NCBI GenBank assembly: GCA_965637545.1 | Contig: OZ281498.1 | Location: forward strand, 20,708,001-20,772,000 | Origin: Phallusia mammillata | Taxonomy: Eukaryota | DNA length: 64,000 nucleotides | Direction: 5' to 3' | The notes under the pieces: generated by a model | Database searches by the model: none | Seen by the model: only the letters and a program-made list of their open reading frames with translations | Told to the model about the DNA's origin: nothing | Shown: positions 45,101 to 57,100 of the stretch, one piece after another | Layout of the letters: every line of letters begins with the position of its first letter | Numbering within the stretch: position 1 is the stretch's first letter | Position numbers and translations under genes: made by a program

Positions 45101-48100
45101 CGTTGCTATGGTTACAGGAATAGCGACTCCGCAAAGGAGTAGGTCCACCACTGCTAAGTTGACCTGCGAACACGAAAAGTTACAACATTTAATGCATGTG
45201 TTTGTGTTCAATGTACAAATGAAAAAAAAAAGTTGGAAAATAAGAATTCTGTCAGAACACTAGACACGGTCTTTTCAAGCAGTTTGATTAAAATAAAACT
45301 GCCTGAAACACTGCGTGTTATTTATAAGTTTCATTTATAACAAGTGGTGTTATTCATCAGTAGCCCCATGCCCGTCTTGTTTTGATATTATACGAGTTTG
45401 GTACGGGAATCCCTGATGATCGATGAAGCTCTTTCTAATGTACCTAGAAGGGGATTTAAAAAAAAAACTTTATGTCAGTCAGCTGAACCACGCTTGTTTG
45501 GTACATACATTCACTGCTTCGAGCAAGGATATCTACTAAATTTCCAGAAATTTAATCGAACAGGAGTTCCAATTTCCTTTGGGAAATTGAGATTTTCCGC
45601 AGAGGTTTCTTGAGCTCGTCTACTTCCATCTTTTACGGGTTTTAGGAAAACAAACAAAGGGATTTAAAAGAAACTATTCGTTCACGTGGTTTTCACCTCG
45701 GTTCAGCCATTTTATTGAATATAAACTTGTGACCTGAAATCTCAATTTCCCGAGGGAAATTTGGGATTTTCTGCAGGGATTTAATTGTACTTGCTTAGTC
45801 CACTATTTTACAAACAAGAAAAACAACTGAGGAATGGAAATAAAATCCTTGATCTTATGTTAAACTCAGATCATCGAAATTCAAGTACAAAGCAATTGAA
45901 TTTTTGTTGCAGAACCTTAGTTGATTTTGCCCCATGACGCATTGGATTGACAGACGCCTACGTATGTGACGTCATATGTGACGCAAACCTTCAGAAAAAT
46001 GAGTTACGTTTGGCTATTGACATTTTTTGTATCATTATTGGTGAAATTTGGGGGGTTTGTAAAGAAGGTTTTATTGTTTTTGTTCAAGTTTTGCGTTTTT
46101 CTTCACAAATTAGCAATACCCAACAAAACCCACAAGGGGAGTAATTAGGATTAAAAACTACAATAGAATAGGCTTTGTGGTGGAAATAGCTATAACTGTG
46201 AAGAACAATTGACTTTTGAGGACTAAACACACAATCTTATAGCGTCAGTGCCGCTAAAGCAGTGTGTTCGTTCATGCATTCAAAGTGTAGACAAAATTCC
46301 AATCTCAATTAACCTATTTTTGTTTTAAATACACAAATAACAAAACGTAAGGTTTGCCTATAATTTTTTTTTAACAGATTTTCTCTCAGGAATTAGAATT
46401 TTTCTCATAGTGAGCGAAGTTCCTCCCGTTTTAGAACCAATGGTTTAGTCAATTGATCTTTGCTCCTTAATTACGTCTGTAAACTTCCGAGTTTCCTAGA
46501 CCTATTGATCGAGTGGCAAAACCTAATGCGCTTCCTCTTCGTGGGGGAAATGCGAATAACAGATATGGACGGATTAAGTCTGAAACTTCCCTGGGTTTTG
46601 GTAAAACATAATTAGGTGAATTTACCAAGTCAAATTAGGACACCAATGTAGCTGAAGCATAGGGCGTTAAAACAGATAAACGTAGCGGAAATCGTGTATG
46701 TAACCTGTTGTAAAATACTTTTGCAAGCCCATGCATAAAGGTCAACATTAAGTAGATGACTGGTTATTATTGTATATTGATCGATAAACTACCATAAATA
46801 ACAGAATTTATTAACATAATCAGTATTTGTGTTGCGAAAAACTAAGTTCATATCTCTCACGTACCCGAAAAGTTTTTATTCGAACCTGTGGTAAATGATT
46901 TTTAAGCCCTAAATATATTAAAACAAGGTAATACTACCCAAACCGTTTGTTTCGTGTGTTTTTTGCTGCGACAAAAAGAGGTCTGCAAACCTAAGGTCAA
47001 GACTGTAAATCACACAACTGATATACGACCACTTATAGCACTGATAACGGCATGAGCATTTGTCGAAACGTTTCAATAACAAAGTATGTGGTATTTTAAT
47101 TCTATTTGGGCCGTTCTATTCGTCATTAAGCATATGAACAGATCCGTGTATTGTGTTCCATTGTATATCACATATCGTTCAAAACATCAAAAACTAAACT
47201 TACTGTGAATAAATTCCCGGCGTTGTTCAACAAAGTCCTTTTCCGCAAGTACAACATCAGGGTGACAAGGTTGCAAGCCAGACCCGAAACAGCTTCGAGT
47301 GCAAGCAACGCCAGGGGAACGCCCTCGTAGATACGTAGTTGATTGACCCCTTGGGTGGAATGTTCCATAATAGGTGGCTGTGGCTCTACACTGGGGGCGC
47401 CCCTAAACCCTGTGGTGCCGTTTGGGGCACAGTCTTTGCAGAAAACCCGCATAAATTCCATCGTTTTGTGAATTGGTGGCGTGTTTTTGATCAACGTGAT
47501 TGCAACATAGTGTAGGACGTTTTTTTGCAGTTATTAACCGACCCTGTTGTGTTAAAGGAGTCTGTAAAAAAAGGAAAAATTAACAGATATAATTACGACT
47601 ATGGGTAGTCTGTTGCGATTCTCAGTTTGTTTGTTTTTTGACTCGACGTGTAGTGGCGTTTTATTATGCTTGACAATTGCTAATCTTTCACGATTATACA
47701 CAGCGAATTGTCATGTTGTGTTTTTACATTTGGCTAGTAGTGGCAGCTTTCCTTCAAACTTGTTCTGGCGTTTCAATCCTATACTTGCCGGGTAGTCATG
47801 TTTTGCCTTCAAACTCAACTCATGGTAGTGGCGATTTACTTCTATACTCGCCGAGTAGTAGTTAAACTCGGCGTATAGTGGCAGCTGGCGTACAAAACTT
47901 GGCGAGTACTGGCGTTTTACTCTCATTTTTGCCGAGTAGTCATGTTTTCCTTTCAAACTTGGAAAGTAGTGCCGATGTATTCTCGCAAGTAGGGGTGGTT
48001 TTGATTCTAACCCGACAATTTACGCCCATTATACTCTACGGTATTTTCTTTTATACTTGACAATCTGCAACCTTTTGCCTTCTCACTCCTCGTGTTATGT

Positions 48101-51100
48101 AGCTTTCGCACTTATTTGTACACGAATGAACTAAACATAACTGCCACAGAATTGTACATGTCTATAACTTTTTGGGGTCTAATAAAATTTTTTATCAGAG
48201 CCATAAAAGTGCAACGTGCACACTGCGTACAAGCTTATTGATATTCATGCTGTCGTACAAGTTTTGTCCCCGAATTTGCAAGATCTTGGAACATGAACTC
48301 GTACGCAAGACCACAAAAATGTTTGATATTTTAGACATTACTCTAGAACTCTATACCACATATAACGTTGTTACACCTCCCTCTACTCCAAACGCTTTGT
48401 GGCACTAAACCGCTGACTCGGCTCGTAAAACAGCAAAATCGCGTTTCTTAGTCAACATTCAAGCAAGTTTCTTGTTTATCGCCGAATATTGTCCTATAAA
48501 ATTGTTTCAGACGACCTGAAAGTTTTTCTTCATATTGTTTCGACGCAGTTTTTACTTACACGGCCTTGTCCTCTTTAAATTTTAAACATAATTTCATACA
48601 TCGTCACATTTTAAGTCTTTACTGTTCACTGAACAATCTCAGTAACACGAATGTTCTTATTTCCTTGACTTGTTTTTACCGTCACGCCTCAGTACTCACA
48701 CCTAAAGGTGGTCATTCCCAGCGCTTAAGAAAGCGATACACAACTATAACCAAGAACTGTTGCCAAAATTTAACAAACACCGCGCTGCTCGTTTGACTGT
48801 AATCGCTAATCCCCCAAGCGCATTAACCCACCAGTCGCTGGTCTTCCGCGTGGTCACGTGACTTACGGGTTCGATATTGAATCGATTTGTCGCTTGCCGA
48901 GGCGATTAATAACCGGCGCTTTTATCCAGCGCCTGTAATTGCTAGGGAGACCGCTCTGTCGCCTTGCCAATCGATTGTGTTTGTTTTTCCAGATTGCTGT
49001 CCCGACGGTGTTTTGCGATGATTAATTTTGTTGCAAAAACACCTAGATTTAAGTCCGGTCGAATGTTAATTGGTACCCAATCTTAATTGAACCCCGTTCT
49101 GCTAAAGCTATGGATCAAATATAATATATAAAAAAATACATAACGATTTTTTATGCATTCGCAGAATAATTTGGTTAATCGCATAATTAATTATTTGTTT
49201 ACATTGAATTGGTTTAGAGCCAAAGTTAAGGATTTTGGATAATCGCATAAAGCTGCAATCAACTATTATACATTAGCTTACCTATATCGTGACATTGAAC
49301 ATCAAAACGATGTGCTATTTAAAACCAGATAAGTGCATTTCTCCTAATGCATTCCGTTTAAAATAGCATCGGTGGTACCGTTGTTATATTGATCTGATAT
49401 ATATATATATATAAAAAATAAATTTGTAATACGGTTATCTGTTTTCAGAACCGACCCATTAAAATCTATTCCCACAAACAGAGATTTTTACTGCTAGTTT
49501 AGTACAAAACGTATTTAGATTTCCTGTTTGAAACAAACGAAAGCTTACATGTATAAACCAGCTTCAAGGCAAAGTGTATGCGTTAAGCGGCGAATTTGTT
49601 TGCAAATGTCATAAAGAACAACTACGCGCTATGTGAAATCATGTCAGGCCTGTTCAAGGTGCCACACAGAACTTACCAACTCAGTATCCTACCAACATAT
49701 ATTATCATATTTCTAAACAATCCGTTTGCATGCACACAGACAGTTTTATTGTCGTTTTCCTCACTAAAACCACTGTGGTTAATATAGTGGCTTATTATGG
49801 TCTTCCGTCTCTTTTGGCCGCAAGGCGCTTTCAACAACCTAAAGTTCCTGATCTGACAAACAAACCAAATTTATAGCGCTTGTCGATCACTAACGCAGTG
49901 ACCCTGGGCAAGAACGCAACCCGAGTACACGGAACTTCCAAAGTTTGCGTCATAAAACCCTCCTTATAGGTAACAATGATTGCTTCCGAAAACAGAAATT
50001 TTATTGTGTTTTGTTAACCTTCAGCAATCACTGTTTATTTCATCGAGTTACACCAGTTGCAACATATTATTAAAATTTTCTTCAATATAAGTACCCTTTC
50101 TAATAGCAGTGTGTTAATCACTTTAAATACTGCTTATGAACTAATATAAATGTCTTAACTATATGTTGGGCATTCACTAAAACTATTAGGTAAAGAATTA
50201 CATGTCATAATGATATTTAACGTAAGCTTCTTGGCATTTAATAATTAGTAGCTTTTCTATAGACATATTAAAACCCATCAGCTCCTAACAAAAGCTTCGT
50301 TCTTTGTTAGTCTTGTGTTGCATAGGAATTTCTCAGAAAAAAATAACTTTTGCTCCTCAAAGTTTGTTTTATTTGTCAGTAAAAATTAAAAACTAATAAA
50401 AGTGCAAAACATTTACTGAAAACATAATCAATAACATAACTGACTTGTTTCAACCAATTTTGCAAAGTTAGCCAACATTCTAATCATCTACGAAATCTAC
50501 GCTTAATAAAAACCAATCAATTTTTGTCACCTTATTATTGTATAACATTTTTTTTCTAATTGATCAACTTTGATGCGACTTTTTCAAAATCTAGGCCTTT
50601 TGCATTCATGGTTAACAGTTCAAAGTTTACTGTACAAAGCTCGGTTAAATTATTGAACCCGAGCCCGCGAAGTTGTTTAAAAAGCCACTCATCATGTCAA
50701 TCATATCACTGTCGCAATATCTCTATAACACCGGCTATCAATCAACTTTAAAATAGGCAGTCTATATAGTCACTGGAATCATAAACAACGTCCGGCCGTC
50801 GCTTAAGCGCAAAACCGTAGAACCTTGCTCAATTCTAGACAAATATTGGTACTTAGCAAATATACGCAAGTGCTTTTACGTTAGCTGACCTGCCTGGAGA
50901 CTTGAGACCTTCTTAGCGAGCTGAATTTATCGACGTTATAAGCGGAACAGATGTGTTGCCGCAAAACCGCAGTCTGCCCGACCTGAAGCATTTACTTCTG
51001 ATGTGTTAATTAAGGGAATGGTGGCTTTTATTTTTAAATTTACTTTACCCTCCAAAAAGTCATATTCAATTTTTGAGCTCGATTGTGTTCCAGTACTTAC

Positions 51101-54100
51101 GTGTAATTTGTAAAACTACTTTGTATAATAACCACTAGTATACCAAATTTTAAAAAACTATAAATGTGCATCCAAATTCTAATGCTTTTTGAAACAATTT
51201 TTATACAATTGTTGCACTTGGTGACATAGTGCATTCGGAATCGCAGCATTTACCAGTTTACTTGCGCTATGTTACGTCATAATCAACTTGAATGAAGTAC
51301 CAGAAAGCTTCGGTATGCAGAAATTGCTTGCAAATTGGCCGTTTATTAAAATTAAGATGCAATTTTCTACAGGTTACGTAAACATTTTCTATACAATGAA
51401 ACAAGATTGTTTTAAAACCGGATCTTATAAGCGGGTTGCGAGCTAGCTTCGTGCAGGCAACTCTGAAACGACTCACTAAAAGTATTTCTCGGACAACATA
51501 ACAATTCTGTTCATTTTGCTGCATAATTTTCGTTTTTTATAATAGTTTGCAATCAGATAGTTTAAACAGAATTGTTATCCCTATACAACATTCAACTAGT
51601 ATCTAGTTCACGTAAAAATTGTATACCTAAATGTACATTATACTTTTTAACGTTGTGTTGATTCAAGCAACCGTCAAAGTTACATGCCTCGATTATTAGT
51701 TCTTGAGAATATATAGTTTACAATTCCTACTCACCTTTCTGGCTGTTTGTTTAGTATCGCTTACATTTTTTGAAAAATAATCGTAACATGACCTGCAGAT
51801 TTGTCATGGACTCGCCTCAATTCGCAAGCTCTTTCCTTCTGACAGCGCCTTGGCCCAGCGCGTCTAGCGAACTAAAAACCTGTGCGTGTGAAAAAGGTTT
51901 TCTTATCCCAAGTGTTGGTCGCTGCTTCCCTTTTTCGCTTGGCATCTGTGCTGCGGTTTGTCGAAGGTTCGTTTAGGGAAAAAATGCTCTGTATCGTAAC
52001 GCACCAGTTAACGCATACGTCCTGGTGTGTTTCTGATTAACATAGAAACTCCATGTTTAATTATGTTTACTATGTCCAATTTTGCACAGCTGAAGCGTGT
52101 TCTTACGAGATTTCTTTTGACAACCGTGACTTTTACCTATTTTAAGCGCCTTTTTCCTTGCTGTCTTTATGTTGGTTTTATACGCTTTAATCTAGGGGTG
52201 GGCAACCTTTGTCACTGTGGGGCCAAATACAATTGCGATTACATCCCGGGCCGCACCTTTATATCACACAAATGTGATTTTGCTTCGTTGTGTGCCAAAA
52301 ATGCCGTATTACAAGTAAAATTCGCATTTGATTCTAGCAGCATATTGTCAGGTCGCAGAAAAATAGCACCGGGCGAACTAATCTGCTCAAAAAATATAAT
52401 AATTGGTCTCTTTTGCCAGTACATTTGAAATCCCAGTGTCTCTGCGGGCCGCACAACTTCAATCAATGGGCCGCAGGTTGCCACCCCTGCTTTAATCGGT
52501 TTTGTTTAACCATTTAAAAATTAAAAAAAGGCCGACCAAACTGCCAACTTGAAATTTTTCTTGAATGTTACAGTCACATTGCTTGTTGATTTTAACGTTT
52601 AACAAAATGTTCAACAGACAACAGAAACAAAATTTGGAAGTTTGTTGAAAACTTTGGCCATTTTTTGTAAGTCGCCCCGAAAATGTGCTTTCTTTTTGGT
52701 ATGGCTTTGTATTGTAACACACACTGTCTTTATCTGGCAACAGTCTTATGTGAGACTCATTGAAAAATGAAATGAGAACGAGGGATATGCAACTCAAATA
52801 TTAAATTTAACTTGATTAAAAGGTCTGCTCAAACCATCGCTAGACACACGTTAAAAAGAACTAAAAGGTTTGGTAAATTTAGAACCGTCCGCGGGTCGCA
52901 CTCTAATTGGGTTATCTTAGTCTAAGTTTAAGACTGTCCTAACCATAGACCAGCATATTCACAATTAGCTTACATCTCAATCGATAAATCTTTAAATCTG
53001 GGCCTTGTTTGTCATCCTCAAATGTTTTTGTTCGCAATCTCACGTACACAAAAATCCAATCATGTCAATCATATCCTTCTTAAGAATTTTGTACTTGAAT
53101 TTAAGCCCTAATCAAAAAATAATTGATTTTAGCGAAAGGACCTAACATGGTTTCCTAACAATACTGTTGCTAAAAAAATTTGTGTTTTCATTTTAAAAGC
53201 TGTTTTCAGCAACAACGAAAATTTTGCTGAGTCTAATAACCAAACCAATATACCAGTTTGTTCGTGCAGCTATTGCTGTTAAGATATACTATGCAATTCT
53301 TTTTGTATCATTTTTTGCAAACAATGTGTTTATGAAGTTGTGCTTTAACTATAAACATTGTGTGGTAAATTTCAGAGGCTCCGATCAAGTTATAGTCCTA
53401 TTTAAACGGTTTAAACATATGTAAAAATTACCTCTATTTTTGGCCACGTACACGTCTATTTGATTTTGATTGATAAACTGATGATTCAGACGAAAAAAGT
53501 TACAAAAATGCAATATTTTGTGCAAAAATGGCAAAAATGACATAAGAATGATTTAAAATACTGGACTCAAAAACTTTTCCACCACATTTCGCTACCAAAC
53601 GACGTGCTTCTCGTTTTCAAAGGTTTTGCAAATTGGTAAACAGGTCTTTGTACAATGTGACTGCAATATTTTACAGTTTACACATTAATCTTCTTCAGTA
53701 GGCCCCTGTTCTATGTGCCTGATTATCAGACTTGTACAAACAAACTAATCTGCTCCTGGTTTCTAGAATACTTAGTAAAACCTGTTTCGTGCAGGTTTTC
53801 GAAATTAATAACCCAAAAGCTTTATTTTACGACTTGTGTGGTAATAATCCTTGTACCCTGCCTGTTGCTTGGTGGATGAAGACTAATGAGCCTTAAGATT
53901 ATATTTGAACTGATGATCCTTTCAAAGAGAAATTTATATAAATATATACACACACATATATATATATATATTAAAATCGTAAGGACGAACGACTTAACGT
54001 TTTTCATGAACTTGCTCGGTAATACTTAATGGCACAGAATGCTCTAGGATTCAAGTTGATTTTTTGCATGTTTTACTCTAAAAACAAGGATTAACTGCTA

Positions 54101-57100
54101 AAAAGGTGAAAAATGCCCTTTTTCTGCTTCAAAAACTGAGAAATCAAATCGCCTTAACGAAATTTCGAATAATAATAATATTATTTCATGTTGTTTTTCA
54201 CGCCGTATTTTTTTCACACAAAACATGGTATGAGAGCGTGTGGAGGCGATAGGCTTCGGTTCAGGTTGAACATTGTACGCAAGCAAAGTTATTGGACAAG
54301 TCTCATATATTTGCTTCTCAGAAGTTTCTACGCAATAAAAGGTTTACGAGTTAACACACAAGCGCTTCCTCCTTGCTTCTATATCAAAACCATGCTTTGA
54401 GCAAACCCCGTAGGAAATGCCTTTTCGCCACTGTCTTGTATCATAAAATGTCCAAACGATATGTTTCTTCTGGTGCACATATAAAAGTTCGTGGTGGTGG
54501 AACATCTGATGTAAAATCCTTACGCGAAAAACTTAAACTTTAAGAACAATTTTCACAAAATGTGCGACTTCTTGAACAGTCGTATTGCCGTCCATAAACG
54601 AGACTATACTACCTAAAATACTAACAATTGCCCGTTTCCGTTAAATTTATATGGCGTCACAATTCAGTATTATGGTGCAACTGTTGACTCCTGACGTCAT
54701 TGAACAAATTACGACATGTCCCCATTGGACATATATTTCCACACATGAATTTGTCTCGTTATTTGTTGTCTTGTCCTGGCCTCGTTGGTTTGTATTTTCG
54801 TTGTCATGTTTCGCAACACAAAATTGTCTATTGTATACTCAAACAGTACAGAAGTATTTTCGTCAATCGCAGTACGCCAGGCCAATTGGACGCGCCATAC
54901 CGAATCAGCCGGTCACCAAGCACCACCATATGGCATGGCGTAGGCTAGAAAAATCTGGCCTGCGGTGGGATTCGAACCCACGACAGGATTCTTTACGGTA
55001 CGCGCGCTCTACCAACTGAGCTACACAGGCTCAGTTGAGAATTTGCCGAAAGTTAAATCATAAGCACCGTTGCCTACCTCGTATGTTGTACATGTCAGCT
55101 TCGTATGAGGGGATCGCCAGATTGACCAGTATCAGTTAAGATGAACACAAATTCATGACTGACTGATTCGGTATGGCGCATTCATGGGCCTGGCGCACTA
55201 TGATTTATACATAGGTCTGCCGTGATCGCTGGTCTTATTAGACGTTTCAGGGCTGATTCCAGTTATGAATTTATGTTCATCTTAACTGAAGTGTTTTCTT
55301 GTTTTGAAGCGATTTTCAATTCCTACTATCTCACACCGTTGTTGGCCAATGCTTTGATTAAGGAAAACTTCCAACCATTCCTCGAACTTCAGTTAATAAT
55401 AAACCCAGGACCCCATGAAGTTGATTTCAAAGTCGACAAACTTGCTAGACAGCTTTTAGTGCAAAGAAAGTACATTACTTGTTATTATCAACAGTGTAAA
55501 GCGGGAATGTTTTTTGGACGCCTGTAGGTTCTAGTCTTAAAATCTTACAGCTTATCTTTGTATTCAGATTACCTTTCGCAAGGAATTGACTTGAGTGGAA
55601 TCGAGGTGATAGAGAATGACCGGCTGTTTATTCTACGTGCGAAAGACGACGTAAAAGCACAAGCGTCCAAACTTCTCGATCAGGGCATAGCTTCACTGGT
55701 AGGTGGAATTCATACAGTTCAACTGATAACGCAACAGCTTATTCGTGGAATCATAAGTTTTCACAGAAAAGGGGTATAAAGTTAAATTTGTTTTATAAAC
55801 GTAATTCCGAAACCAAACGAGAGCCCTATCCCACTTTCAACTATGGTTCTAAATACCAGCTTAGGAATAAATGTTTTAACGGGGTACTCTTTTGTGGTCT
55901 GGGTAATGATTGTCAAAACGAAACTATTACTTCAAAAATTTACAAAGTAAGGTCTAAGTTAGCAAAATCAAATATGCAGTCGGATTTAAAACCATGTTTG
56001 TGTTTTATTCGCAAATATGTTTTCCTGGTAATCAACTGAGTTTAATTCACAGTATTCAACGCATTTTGGGTTCGTTTACTGAAATAATTCTGAGAAAAAT
56101 CGCCCACCCTAACGTCGATTGACGTCATAATTACTACGCAACAAAGGGTTATATTTGCTCACAGACACAGCAATCAAATTGAACGTTGGTTGAGTGATGT
56201 CTAACCTTTCATTTACTCAGCCATCGATATACCAGACTGAAAAACGTGCCCATACGCAAGATTCCTGTTTTGCGTGGTCAGTAAATATCATTGCCCAAAG
56301 TGGAGTGCAAACGAGCTATATGTACAACGGACCGTAACCGTTGTTTTTATAGTTTAACAGAACATATTTAATAAAGTTTTTTGTATTTGATGTCTGGTTT
56401 TGTACCAGTATGTCTCTCATAGTGTTTCTGTTGGGTAAAAGTTTGTTTTGTGGCCAATACCAATTTGCCGTTATTTACAATTATAAACCGGATTCTATAT
56501 TGGTTTGTTTCTGTAAATTACTTCCATTCCAAATTTAACTGTTTTCTACATTTTCACCACACAAACGAAAACAGTTATATTTTGCAAAACAAGTATTTTT
56601 GGGCCTATACAACAAAAGCTTTATACGTAAGCATTCACCTACTCTGACGTCAGCATTTGTGTTTTGAATGATGCACAATCGACGTACGTTTTTGTGCAGT
56701 AGGCTTAGAATTGGAAACCAACGTTGATGTTTTCATTGTCATTGTCGTACGCACGCATGGACGCGTTTGAAAGGGTAAAAATATCTGCCACTGTTGTGCA
56801 TGACAACATAATTTCTTCCACATGCAGTTGTGCGAGGAAACCGTTTTTGTTGAAAAAGTTTAATGAATCCTTAATTTTGTTGTAGGTCGCCTAAAAAATA
56901 TGCAAGACATAAAACAAAAGATCACAATTGTATAGCAAATATGGAAGAAGCATTTTTTTTAATATAAAGACATTTTTAGACAAAGCTTTGACATATTACA
57001 AGCTTGCCAAATCGGTTTTTTCGCGTGTATTGTATGTTATATTACAAAGTGAAGTCGTGTAGGGCTTTTCGGGTTGCATGGGGTTTTTGAAAAACGCGAA

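Noticed and set aside
47099-47108. attctatttg resembling the start of the Ciona spliced leader
   Set aside because: Only 10 of 16 nt match, with no following GT donor or Sm site.
49899-49920. gtgaccctgggcaagaac resembling a common tRNA-SINE body motif
   Set aside because: Isolated and too short; no Pol III boxes or tail nearby.
54651-55019. 122-aa plus-strand ORF
   Set aside because: Runs through the repeat and the antisense of the tRNA-like unit; no coding signature.
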